Assembly (NCBI GenBank): GCA_022566715.1
Contig: JADFIH010000001.1
Coordinates: forward strand, 2,420-66,419
Direction of reading: 5' to 3'
Length of the DNA stretch: 64,000 nt
Origin: Pseudomonadota bacterium
GTDB taxonomy: Bacteria > Pseudomonadota > Alphaproteobacteria > SHVP01
Below, in pieces: positions 1-9,168 of the stretch. The notes under the pieces are model-generated. The model was given only the letters and a program-made list of their open reading frames with translations, ran no database searches and had not been told where the DNA came from. Made by a program: the position numbers and the translations under genes. Position 1 is the first letter of the stretch. Every line of letters begins with the position of its first letter.

Positions 1-979
1 GGCGCAGAGCGCTCCCTCCTACACCAGCGTGTTCTCGCAAGCCCTGATCGTGGAAGCGGAAGCCGACGAAAAGATCGTCGCCGTCACGGCCGCCATGCCG
101 GCGGGCACGGGCCTCAACAAGTTCGAGGACCGGTTCCCGGATCGCTTCTTCGATGTCGGCATTGCGGAGCAGCACGCCATTACGTTTTGCGGCGGCTTGG
201 CCTGCGAGGGATACAAACCCTTTGCGGCGATCTACTCGACCTTCTTGCAGCGCGCCTACGATCAGGTGGTCCACGACATCGCCATCCAACGGCTGCCGGT
301 ACGCTTCATGCTGGACCGCGCCGGTTTGGTGGGGGCGGACGGCGCCACGCACCAGGGCTCCTACGACATCGCCTATCTCGGCTGCCTGCCCGGCTTCGTG
401 TTGATGGCCGCGAGCGACGGCGCTGAATTGATGCACATGGTGGCGACCGCAGCGGCGATCGACGACAGGCCCTCGGCGCTGCGCTTTCCGCGCGGCGAGG
501 CGGGCGGCGTCGAGTTGCCCGAGAGGGGCGTTCCGCTGGAGATCGGCAAGGGCCGCGTCCTGCGCGAGGGAAGCCGCGTCGCGCTACTGTCCTACGGAAC
601 GCGCTTGGGGGAGGCGCTCAAGGCCGCCGACGAGCTTGCCGGCCGCGGCATGTCGACGACCGTGGCCGACGCCCGCTTTGCAAAACCCCTCGACACCGCG
701 CTCATCCGGCGCCTCGCGGCCGGGCATGAGCTCCTCATCACCCTGGAGGAAGGCGCCATCGGCGGCTTCGCCACCCAGGTCATGCACTTTCTCGCGACAG
801 AGGGGCTTCTCGATTCGCACCTGAAGTTCCGCCCCCTGTGCCTGCCCGACCGGTTCATCGACCATGATAAGCCGGAGCGTCAGTATGCATCGGCGGGCTT
901 GGATGCGGCGAGCATCGTCGCGGCGGCGACGCAAGCGCTGGGCCGCGATCACGAGGTCCTGACCCCGGCGTCAGCCTAG
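1..979 (+). CDS. dxs: 1-deoxy-D-xylulose-5-phosphate synthase, C-terminal part (5' end lies outside window)
   Basis: ORF open to window edge. Translation shows DXS transketolase-like pyrimidine-binding and C-terminal domains ([27 protein letters not shown]). Confidence 0.85.
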   Translation, partial: AQSAPSYTSVFSQALIVEAEADEKIVAVTAAMPAGTGLNKFEDRFPDRFFDVGIAEQHAITFCGGLACEGYKPFAAIYSTFLQRAYDQVVHDIAIQRLPVRFMLDRAGLVGADGATHQGSYDIAYLGCLPGFVLMAASDGAELMHMVATAAAIDDRPSALRFPRGEAGGVELPERGVPLEIGKGRVLREGSRVALLSYGTRLGEALKAADELAGRGMSTTVADARFAKPLDTALIRRLAAGHELLITLEEGAIGGFATQVMHFLATEGLLDSHLKFRPLCLPDRFIDHDKPERQYASAGLDAASIVAAATQALGRDHEVLTPASA

Positions 980-1000
980 CTCCCCGCCTCAAGACAGGTC

Positions 1001-2254
1001 CTAACCTGCCAGCACCGCGCGGGCCGCGGCGCGTCCCGATTGCACGGCTCCCTCGATCGTCGCCGGCAGTCCCGTGTCCGTCCAGTCGCCGGCGAGAAAC
1101 AGGTTTCGCCAGCCCGTCCGGGTGCCGGGCCGGCGCGCGGCCTGTTCGGGGGTCTGCGCAAAGGTGGCGCGGCGTTCCTTGATGATGCGGATCGGGGGTT
1201 GCTCGTTTGCCTCGAGGCCGAGCGCCCGCGCCGTGTCCGCCCAAACCAGCTTGGCGATCTCGCCGGACGGTCTCTCCGCCAGCGCATCGGCGCCGCTGAT
1301 CGTCAGGCTGGCCATGTCGCCGCGCAGAAAGAGCCATTCCGCCGTGCCGCCGATGAGGCCGAGGAAGGTGCCGCCGTCCGGCAGGGACGCCGGCGCGGGC
1401 AATGTGACGTGTGCGTTGACGATGGTGCGGCTTCCCTCGGGAACGGTGAGCTCGGGCACCAGCTCGCGTGCGTTGGCCGGAGGAACGGCGAGCACCAGGT
1501 GATCGCCGGCGCCAAGCTCGATGCGGCCCTGGGCGAACTCCAACGCGCACGCACCGCCTTCGCCGAGTTCGATACCCTTGAGGCCAGAGTTGAAGCGGAC
1601 GGGAACCTGATGATCGGCAAGGAGATCGAGCGCGGGATCGATCAGGCTTGGCGAAAGGCCGTCCCGCGCGACCAGCGGGCGGCATCCCGCGGCGCCCCGG
1701 CCAAAGGTGCGCCACAGCACGGACCAGAGAAGCCGGGCCGATCCTTCTTCCGGCGCGATGTTGAGGGCGGCGACCGCCAGCGGTTTCCAGAAGCGCTCGT
1801 ATAGATCGCCGTTGGCCCCAACCACCGCATGCACCGTTGCGCCGGGCCGGGCGCGGGCAAGCTTCAGACCCGATAGATAATCGCGCGGCCGGGTCCCCGG
1901 GACCCGCCGTTTGGGCGACAGAATCCACCACGGCACGACGCCGCGGTTGGGCCGCAGGGTCCAGCGTTCGCCCGTTCGCAAATCAAGAAAAGAAAAGCCC
2001 GCCGTCTCCGGCCCGGTCAGCGTGCCACGCGCGCCGATGTCGTCGAGATAAGACATCGTGGCCTTGTTTCCGCTGAGCAGCAGGTGGTTGCCGTTGTCGA
2101 TTTGACGCTGGAGTTGCGCGTCGAAGTAGGAGCGGCAACGCCCGCCGGCATGCGCGGCGCTCTCATATAAGACGGCGGCACGCCCCGCCTTGGCGAGGGT
2201 CACGGCGCAGGCAAGCCCGGCAAGGCCGGCGCCGGCAATGTGCGTTACCGCCAA
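1001..2254 (-). CDS. hpnE: hydroxysqualene dehydroxylase (squalene-associated FAD-dependent desaturase)
   Basis: 417 aa. N-terminal FAD-binding GAGLAGL motif with amine-oxidase fold. Lies 4 nt downstream of hpnD, the classic hpnCDE order. Confidence 0.8.
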   Translation of the reverse strand: MAVTHIAGAGLAGLACAVTLAKAGRAAVLYESAAHAGGRCRSYFDAQLQRQIDNGNHLLLSGNKATMSYLDDIGARGTLTGPETAGFSFLDLRTGERWTLRPNRGVVPWWILSPKRRVPGTRPRDYLSGLKLARARPGATVHAVVGANGDLYERFWKPLAVAALNIAPEEGSARLLWSVLWRTFGRGAAGCRPLVARDGLSPSLIDPALDLLADHQVPVRFNSGLKGIELGEGGACALEFAQGRIELGAGDHLVLAVPPANARELVPELTVPEGSRTIVNAHVTLPAPASLPDGGTFLGLIGGTAEWLFLRGDMASLTISGADALAERPSGEIAKLVWADTARALGLEANEQPPIRIIKERRATFAQTPEQAARRPGTRTGWRNLFLAGDWTDTGLPATIEGAVQSGRAAARAVLAG

Positions 2255-2257
2255 GGG

Positions 2258-3127
2258 TCACACAAGCCCGTGGCGCAGGGCGATCCACAATTTTTCCGGA
2301 CGCGAGACACGCACGGGTTGTTTCAAGTTTTCCCAACCGCGCCGTTCGAGCCGTTCGAGAACGCGGTGATAGATCTCGATCATCAGGATGCACGGCTTGA
2401 GCCGCCGCCGGTTACAGCGGGCGATCAACGCGCGGCTTTCATCGAACCGCCGGTGCGCCACCGCCGCGAGGTCCTTGCACACGCTCGGCAACGCCGGATG
2501 GGTCAACACGTCCCGCGGATCGACCGATTCGATGCCGTGCGCCCGCAGCGATTCGCGCGGCAGGTAGAGCCGGTCCATGGCCGCGTCGTCCGTCAAGTCG
2601 CGCAGGATGTTGGTCAGTTGCAAAGCCTCGCCCAGGCAACGGGCGATCTCGGGCGCCTCGGGCTCATCCGCGCCGAAGATGTTGAGGGACAACCGCCCCA
2701 CCGCGCCGGCCACGCGCCGGCAATACGTCTCCAGTTCGGATTGGCTGGGCCCGCGCATGACGCCCCTGAGGTCCATCTCCATGCCGTCGATGACGGCGAG
2801 GAAGGCGTCCCGCGGCAGATCGTGCGCCCGGACCGGCTGCAAAAGCGCGCGGCCGATTGCGGTGCCCGGCTTGCCCGCATAGAGCCGGCCGATCTCCGTC
2901 CGCCACTCCTCCAGCCGCCGCGCCTGATCCTCGCGGTCGCCCGGGTTGTCCACGATATCGTCGACGACCCGGCAAAACCCGTAGACCGCGTACATGGCGT
3001 CGCGGCGGGGCTTGGGCAGGATTCGCATGCTCCAATGGAAGGACGTACCCGATTGGCGCACGAGTTCGCTCGAACGGGCCTGTGGGTCCTTGCGGTCGAG
3101 AACGCCGGCGCCGGTATCTTCAGCCAT
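2258..3127 (-). CDS. hpnD: presqualene diphosphate synthase
   Basis: Squalene/phytoene synthase fold (YAVYGFCRVVDDIVD). Probable start MAEDTG at 3127, 2 nt after the hpnC stop. The ORF-track start at 3202 would overlap hpnC. Confidence 0.8.
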   Translation of the reverse strand: MAEDTGAGVLDRKDPQARSSELVRQSGTSFHWSMRILPKPRRDAMYAVYGFCRVVDDIVDNPGDREDQARRLEEWRTEIGRLYAGKPGTAIGRALLQPVRAHDLPRDAFLAVIDGMEMDLRGVMRGPSQSELETYCRRVAGAVGRLSLNIFGADEPEAPEIARCLGEALQLTNILRDLTDDAAMDRLYLPRESLRAHGIESVDPRDVLTHPALPSVCKDLAAVAHRRFDESRALIARCNRRRLKPCILMIEIYHRVLERLERRGWENLKQPVRVSRPEKLWIALRHGLV

Positions 3128-4073
3128 GCGGTCCCCCGGCGGGCGCGTTTTTATGGGCGTCGCCGCGCCGGCGCCCGGGCAAGGCCCGCCAGCCCAACGC
3201 ACCGAGCGCGCCCACTAACGCGGTCCCCGCAAACGCGAGTTTCGAATGGCGAACCGGTTCCGCAAGGGGATCGTCCTTGCGCAGCCGCCGCGACAGGCTT
3301 TCCGCTAGACGGAGGATCGCCGCCGACTCCATGGCCAGGCGGTGGCTTTCCAGCAACCTTGGCAAAGGCCGCGCCGCAACGAGGAGGTCGTCCACGCCGT
3401 CCAGGCACTTGTCGAAGACCCGGCGCAAGGCGGGGTCGAGCCGCGGTTCGTCGAGCGCCGTCACGTCGAGGCCCTCCGCACCGAGCCAGTCGAGCGGCAC
3501 ATACACGCGGTCGAGGCCGCGGTAGTCGGCTTGCGCATCCTGTAGGTGGTTGATCACCTGGAGCGCCGTGCAAAGCGCGTCGGACGCCGCGTAATCCTTC
3601 CGCGATTCGCCGTGAAGGTCGAGCAGATAGCGCCCGACGGGATTGGCCGAATATTCGCAGTAGGCGAGAAGGCCGGACCAGTCATCGTAGCGCCGCTTGA
3701 CCGCGTCCTGTTTGAAGGCGGTGAGAATATCGACGCAGTGTTTATCCGTCAGGCCGGTCGCGGCGAGACTTTCGCGCATCAGGTGGGCTTTTTTGAGGTC
3801 GGGCGAGTCCCGGTCCCGGCCGGTCACGGCCGCCTCAACCCGGTCGAGGCGCGCGAGCTTATCCGGCGCCGAACGGTTCGGGTCGTCGGCGATGTCGTCG
3901 GCGGCGCGGGCGAAGGCATAGAAGGCCGCGACGTGGGGCCGCAGCCGCGCCGCGATCAGGCGCGAGCCCACGGGAAAGTTTTCGTCGCCCGCACGCTTTG
4001 CCGCGACTTTTACCGCTTTCGTTGCCGATGGCGTCTCGATGTCCGCGGCCCGCGTCATCGTTGCTCCCCACAA
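3120..4073 (-). CDS. hpnC: hydroxysqualene synthase (squalene synthase family)
   Basis: 317 aa with ENFPVGSRL and AFYAFARAADDIADD squalene-synthase motifs and a hydrophobic C-terminal tail. First gene of the hpnCDE array. Confidence 0.8.
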   Translation of the reverse strand: MWGATMTRAADIETPSATKAVKVAAKRAGDENFPVGSRLIAARLRPHVAAFYAFARAADDIADDPNRSAPDKLARLDRVEAAVTGRDRDSPDLKKAHLMRESLAATGLTDKHCVDILTAFKQDAVKRRYDDWSGLLAYCEYSANPVGRYLLDLHGESRKDYAASDALCTALQVINHLQDAQADYRGLDRVYVPLDWLGAEGLDVTALDEPRLDPALRRVFDKCLDGVDDLLVAARPLPRLLESHRLAMESAAILRLAESLSRRLRKDDPLAEPVRHSKLAFAGTALVGALGALGWRALPGRRRGDAHKNAPAGGPHG

Positions 4074-4076
4074 ATA

Positions 4077-5003
4077 CTAGACCGGACCGGCACGCTCGGT
4101 GATGATGCCGTAGTGCTCCGGCCGGCGGTGTTGCGCGAAATCGAACATCGCCTTCTTGTTGTACTGCGCGAGGTCGAGGTCGCAGACGTGGCTGATGAGC
4201 TCGTCGTCCTTGGTCGCCGTCAGCGCCACGATCTCGCCCGACGGCGCAATGATGCACGTTCCGGCCAGCAGATTGCAGCCCTCCTCCATCCCGGCCTTGG
4301 CGACGCCCACCACCCAGGTGCTGTTCTGGTAGGCGCCCGACTGCATCGACAGGTGATTGTGAAACCCGGTGAGGTCGTCGTAGATGGGCTCCCACGGGAT
4401 ATGGGTCGGCGTGTTGTAGCCCAGCATCACGAGCTCGACGCCCTTGAGGCCCATCACGCGATAGGTCTCGGGCCAGCGCCGGTCGTTGCAGATACACATG
4501 CCCATCTTGCCGCCGAAGGCATCCCAAACACCGAAGCCGAGATCGCCGACCTCAAAGAAATACTTTTCGAGGTGTTGGAAGGGCCATTCCGGGCGGTGAT
4601 CGGCGTGGCCCGGCAAGTGAATCTTGCGGTACTTGCCGACGATGGCGCCCGATTTATCGACCAGGATCGAAGTGTTATAGCGATGGGTCTTGCCGCCCTC
4701 GTCCGCGAGCTCGCCGTACCCAAAAGAAAACCCGATCTCTAACCGCTTCGCTTCATCGAACAGCGGCTGCACGGCGGGACCCGGCATTTCGCGCTCGAAG
4801 AAGGACTCGATCTCGGCCGGGTCCTCCATCCACCAGCGCGGAAAGAAGGTGGTGAGCGTGAGTTCGGGAAAGACCACGAGGTCGCATCCGCGGCCGTGGG
4901 CCTGGCGTAAAAGTTCGAGCAGGCGGCTCACGACGACCTGCCTTGATTCGTTGCGCGCGATCGGTCCCATTTGCGCGGCCCCGACGGTGACGTTTCTTGC
5001 CAT
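4077..5003 (-). CDS. N-carbamoyl-D-amino-acid hydrolase (nitrilase superfamily)
   Basis: 308 aa, aligns closely along its full length with Agrobacterium D-carbamoylase (FPELTLTTFFPRW, KIHLPGH, MCICNDRRWPE with catalytic Cys). Confidence 0.75.
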   Translation of the reverse strand: MARNVTVGAAQMGPIARNESRQVVVSRLLELLRQAHGRGCDLVVFPELTLTTFFPRWWMEDPAEIESFFEREMPGPAVQPLFDEAKRLEIGFSFGYGELADEGGKTHRYNTSILVDKSGAIVGKYRKIHLPGHADHRPEWPFQHLEKYFFEVGDLGFGVWDAFGGKMGMCICNDRRWPETYRVMGLKGVELVMLGYNTPTHIPWEPIYDDLTGFHNHLSMQSGAYQNSTWVVGVAKAGMEEGCNLLAGTCIIAPSGEIVALTATKDDELISHVCDLDLAQYNKKAMFDFAQHRRPEHYGIITERAGPV

Positions 5004-5047
5004 GGTGTCCTCCCCTTTTGCGGCCGGCTCTGGCGCGGCGGTGACGC

Positions 5048-6632
5048 CTACGCGTTCTCGCGCAACTTGAAACGCTGAATCTTACCGGTCGCGGTCTTCG
5101 GCAGGTCGCTGATGAAGTTGAACCAGCGCGGGTACTTGTAGGGAGCGAGGCCGGACTTGCAGTGTTGCAGCAACTCCTTGGCGAGATCGGGCGATGCGTC
5201 CGCCGGGTCGTTGAGGACCACATGGGCTTCGGGTTTGATCAGGTTGTCGTCATCGGCCCGGCCGACAATCGCGGCCTCGAGAACCTTGGGATGCTCGACG
5301 AGCTTGGCCTCGATCTCGATCGGCGAGCACCAGATACCGCCGACCTTCAGCATGTCGTCGTTGCGCCCGCAGCAGACGAAGTAGCCGTCCTCGTCCTGGT
5401 AATAGGTATCGCCCGTTGCGAGCCAGCCGCCGAGGAGGCTTTGCGCCGTTTTCTTCGGATTGCGCCAGTAATGCTTGAACAGGGAATCGCCGCGAATCAT
5501 CAGGCGTCCCGTTTCGCCCTGCGGCACATACTTGCCGCCATCGTCGACGATTTTCGCCTCGTAACCGGTGACCAGGCGGCCGCTCGAACCCGGCCGCAGG
5601 TGATCGGCGGTGTTGCAGAGGAAGATGTGCAGGATTTCGGTGGTGCCGATGCTGTCGTAGAGGTCGCGGCCGGTCTTGGCGCGCCAGCGCTCCAGGATGT
5701 CGGGCGGCAAGGCCTCGCCCGCCGAGACATAAACGCGCACCGAAGACAACTCGGGCGAGTCGGTTTCCATGGCGCGCAGCAGCGCCGCATAGAGCGTCGG
5801 CACGCCAAAGAAAATGGTCGGCTTGTAGGCTTCGATGTTTTCGAATATGGCGTCGGGCGCCGGCCGGCCCGCAAATAGCACGGCGGTCGCGCCAAGCCAC
5901 AACGGAAACGTCATTGCGTTGCCCAAACCGTAAGCGAAGAAAAGCTTGGCCGCGGAAAAGCACACATCGTCTTCGGTCATGCCGAGGGTTTCGACCGCGT
6001 AATACTGGCAGGTCGCCGCGAAGGCCGCGTGGGAGTGGACCACGCCCTTGGGCGCACCGGTCGATCCCGACGAATAAAGCCAGAAGCAGTCGTCGTCGGG
6101 GCCCGCGGCGAGGGGCGAAAGGCCGGGCGGCGCGCCGGCCATCAGCGAGACGATTGTCGTCCCCTCCCCATCGACCGGAAGGCGGTGCGTGGGCGCGTGG
6201 CTTGTTTCCTTCAAAGCCGAAGCGACGTCATCGGCGAACTCCGGCGAATAAACCACCGCGCCGCACTGCGAGTTCTCGAAGATGTACTGGAAGTCCTGGG
6301 CGCGTAACATGGTGTTGATGGGAACCGGAATGAACCCGGCTTTGATCGCGCCCCAAAACAGGTAAAAGAACTCGGCGCAGTCCTTGACCACCATGACGAC
6401 GCGCTCTCCCCGCGCGAGCCCGAGGTCCGCCAGCACGTTGCCGCAGCGGTTGACGTTTTCGGCCAGCTCCGCGTAGGTGACGCTGCCGCCCTCGCCAAGA
6501 ATGGCGGCCTTGGCGCCGCGGCCTTCCTCGAGGTGCCGGTCGATGAAACTAACCGCCGCGTTGTACACCGGCGAAAATTCAATCTCGCTGGGCGTCACCG
6601 ACGTATCGACCGCAACCGTATGATCGCGCATG
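5048..6632 (-). CDS. aryl-CoA ligase, benzoate-CoA ligase family (AMP-forming)
   Basis: About 528 aa adenylate-forming enzyme (YSSGSTGAPKGV AMP-binding motif; GWLATGDTYY and KTATGKIQR C-terminal motifs). Probable start MRDHTV at 6632. Divergent from iorA. Confidence 0.75.
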
Positions 6633-6921
6633 AATTTTTCTCCCCGGCCGGAAGCGCGCCGCCTTGCGCCCCTGAAGCAAATCAATACGTTAGAGCAAAT
6701 TCTCCGGGTTGATGGACCGCCTTGGGCGGATCAACCGGGAGCGGCTCCGATCGACCCGGATTCGCTCCAACGGCGGCTATTCTAACGCGGAATGAGCGGG
6801 CCGTTGCAAGATGGACTCTGGCCGCCGCCACCCCCATTTGGCCCTGTATCCGACTTTGAATTTGACTTTCGAACCGGCTGTCCTACCCTGGCCTTCGATC
6901 AACACTTAGAATGCTTCCAAT

Positions 6922-9168
6922 ATGACCGCACAAACGACCCAAAAACCGCGGAAAACCGGCGCTCAGCGGCAGGCTGGCGGGGAACGCTCCTTCGCCAAGG
7001 AGGTGAAGCTTCTGCGCCTGGGCGAGGGCGATATCTTCGAGGGCGAGGGCATCCTGGCCGTCACCAAGGCGGCCCTGCAGGCCGGGGTCAGCTATGTGGG
7101 CGGCTATCAGGGATCGCCCGTTTCGCACCTCGTCGACGTGCTGTCCGAGGCCAAGGATATCCTCGACGAATACGGCGTCCACCTGGAGATCTGCGCCAAT
7201 GAAGCGGGCGCCGCCGCCATGCTGGGCGCCTCGGTCAACTACCCGATTCGTGGCCTGGTGACGTGGAAATCCATCGTCGGCACGAATGTCGCCGCCGACG
7301 CGTTGTCCAGCTTGGCCTCGACCGGCGTCAAGGGCGGCGCCATGGTGGTCATCGGCGAGGATTACGGCGAGGGCGCCAGCATCATTCAGGAGCGCAGCCA
7401 CGCCTATGCGCTGAAATCACAAATTTGGCTGCTCGACCCCCGGCCCAATCTCACATCGATCACCAACATGGTGGAAAAGGGCTTCGAGCTGTCCGAGGCG
7501 ACCAACACGCCCGTCATGTTGGAACTGCGTATCCTCGCCTGCCACGTTCAGGGGCGCTTCGTCTGTAAGGATAACGCGACGCCTAAATATTCGCGCAACA
7601 ACCCGATCAAAATTCCTGAGTTCAATGTGGAGCGGATCGCCCTGCCGCCGTTCACCTACCAGCAGGAGCGCGACAAGGTTACGCGCCGGTTGCCCGCCGC
7701 GATTCAGTTCGTCAAGGACAACAAGCTGAACGAGATGTTCCCGGGCGACATGGAGGAGGTCGGCATCATCGTCCAGGGCGGCCTCTATAACACGCTCATC
7801 CGCTCGCTGGGCCGCCTGGGGCTCGCCGATCTGAACGGGAATTCGCGGCTGCCCCTCTATGTCCTCAACGTGACGCATCCGCTCATCGACGACGAGATCG
7901 TCGAGTTCTGCGCCGGCAAATCCCACGTTCTCATGGTCGAGGAGGGGACGCCCGAATACATCGAGCAGGCCATCCATGTGGCGCTGCGCAAGGCGGACGT
8001 GAACACCAAGGTGAGCGGCAAGGATGTCTTGCCCGCCGCCGGCCAGTACACCAACGACGTGATGCTCACGGGCGTCGCCGAGTTCATCCGCAAGGCGGAA
8101 CCTCGCGGCGCCGACCTGAGCGCGGTTTCGCGGGCGCTTGCGGATACGGCGGCCCTGAAGCAGCAAGCGGCGGACCTGCTGGGTGGCACGGTGCCCGGAC
8201 GCCCCCCAACCTTTTGCACCGGCTGCCCCGAGCGGCCCGTGTTCACCGCAATCAAATTGCTGGAGCGCGAGCTGGGACCGACGCACATCAGCGCCGACAT
8301 CGGCTGCCACACCTTCGCCGCGTTGCCGCCCTTCGGCTTGGGCAACACCGTGCTGGGCTACGGCGCGGGACTTGCGAGCTCGACCGGCATCGCCCCCAAT
8401 TTCGAAAAGCGCACGATCAGCATCATGGGCGACGGCGGATTCTGGCACGGTGGTCTGACGAGCGGTGTGGCGAGCGCCGCCTTCAACCAGGCCGATTCGG
8501 TGCTGATCGTCATGAAGAACGGTTACACCTCGGCCACGGGATGGCAGTACCTGCCGTCAAGCCCCAAGGATGGCGACATGTCGGACACCCGCATGTCGAT
8601 CGAAAAGACCATCAAGGCACTGGGCATCACCTGGCAGAAGAAGGTCCACACCTACGACTTGGGGAAGATGGTCAAGACCCTGCGGGAGGCGATGACCACC
8701 AGCCGGGCCGGCCTCAAGGTCATCATCGCCGAGGCCGAGTGCCAGCTTGCAAAACAACGCCGCGTGAAGGCCGACCGCACCAAGAAGCTCGCCGCCGGCA
8801 AGCGCGCCGTGCGGCCGCGCTTCGGCATCGATGAGGACGTATGCACCGGCGACCACTCGTGTATCCGGCTGTCGGGCTGCCCATCGCTGACTATAAAGCC
8901 CAATCCCGACCCCTTGCGCACCGACCCGGTCGCGCACATCAAAGAGGATTGCGTGGGCTGCGGCCTTTGCGGCGAGATCGCGCACGCCGCGGCGTTGTGC
9001 CCGTCCTTCTACCAAGCCGACATCGTCTACAATCCGAATTTACTGGAGCGCGCCTTGAGCCGGGCGCGGCGCGCCGTCATCGGCCGCTTTTACAGCCGCG
9101 AGGCCGTGCGCCTGGCCGAGCCCGTGGCCGGTGTCCTCGAGGCCGAGGAGTCGCGGGCCGCCGCATGA
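6922..9168 (+). CDS. iorA: indolepyruvate:ferredoxin oxidoreductase alpha subunit (TPP- and 4Fe-4S-binding)
   Basis: 748 aa with a TPP-binding region (GDGGFWHGG) and a C-terminal ferredoxin-like CxxCxxC cysteine cluster. Stop overlaps the iorB start in an ATGA junction. Confidence 0.85.
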   Translation: MTAQTTQKPRKTGAQRQAGGERSFAKEVKLLRLGEGDIFEGEGILAVTKAALQAGVSYVGGYQGSPVSHLVDVLSEAKDILDEYGVHLEICANEAGAAAMLGASVNYPIRGLVTWKSIVGTNVAADALSSLASTGVKGGAMVVIGEDYGEGASIIQERSHAYALKSQIWLLDPRPNLTSITNMVEKGFELSEATNTPVMLELRILACHVQGRFVCKDNATPKYSRNNPIKIPEFNVERIALPPFTYQQERDKVTRRLPAAIQFVKDNKLNEMFPGDMEEVGIIVQGGLYNTLIRSLGRLGLADLNGNSRLPLYVLNVTHPLIDDEIVEFCAGKSHVLMVEEGTPEYIEQAIHVALRKADVNTKVSGKDVLPAAGQYTNDVMLTGVAEFIRKAEPRGADLSAVSRALADTAALKQQAADLLGGTVPGRPPTFCTGCPERPVFTAIKLLERELGPTHISADIGCHTFAALPPFGLGNTVLGYGAGLASSTGIAPNFEKRTISIMGDGGFWHGGLTSGVASAAFNQADSVLIVMKNGYTSATGWQYLPSSPKDGDMSDTRMSIEKTIKALGITWQKKVHTYDLGKMVKTLREAMTTSRAGLKVIIAEAECQLAKQRRVKADRTKKLAAGKRAVRPRFGIDEDVCTGDHSCIRLSGCPSLTIKPNPDPLRTDPVAHIKEDCVGCGLCGEIAHAAALCPSFYQADIVYNPNLLERALSRARRAVIGRFYSREAVRLAEPVAGVLEAEESRAAA

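Noticed and set aside
855-1931. Long antisense/alternate-frame ORFs overlapping confident genes. Examples: 855-1931(-), 1040-1804(+), 2240-3553(+), 3546-4742(+), 5162-5878(+), 7417-8448(-), 9090-10583(-), 10921-12075(-), 12869-14128(+), 16789-17940(+), 18264-19883(+), 20174-21664(-), 23254-24492(+), 24937-25950(+), 28018-29178(-), 29175-30191(-), 38125-39903(+), 41619-43292(+), 61691-63370(+).
   Set aside because: In a genome of about 65% GC, stop-free stretches on non-coding frames are expected. Each overlaps a gene with strong family-level sequence signatures, and the shadow ORFs have Arg/Ala/Pro/Gly-rich low-complexity translations with no recognisable domains.
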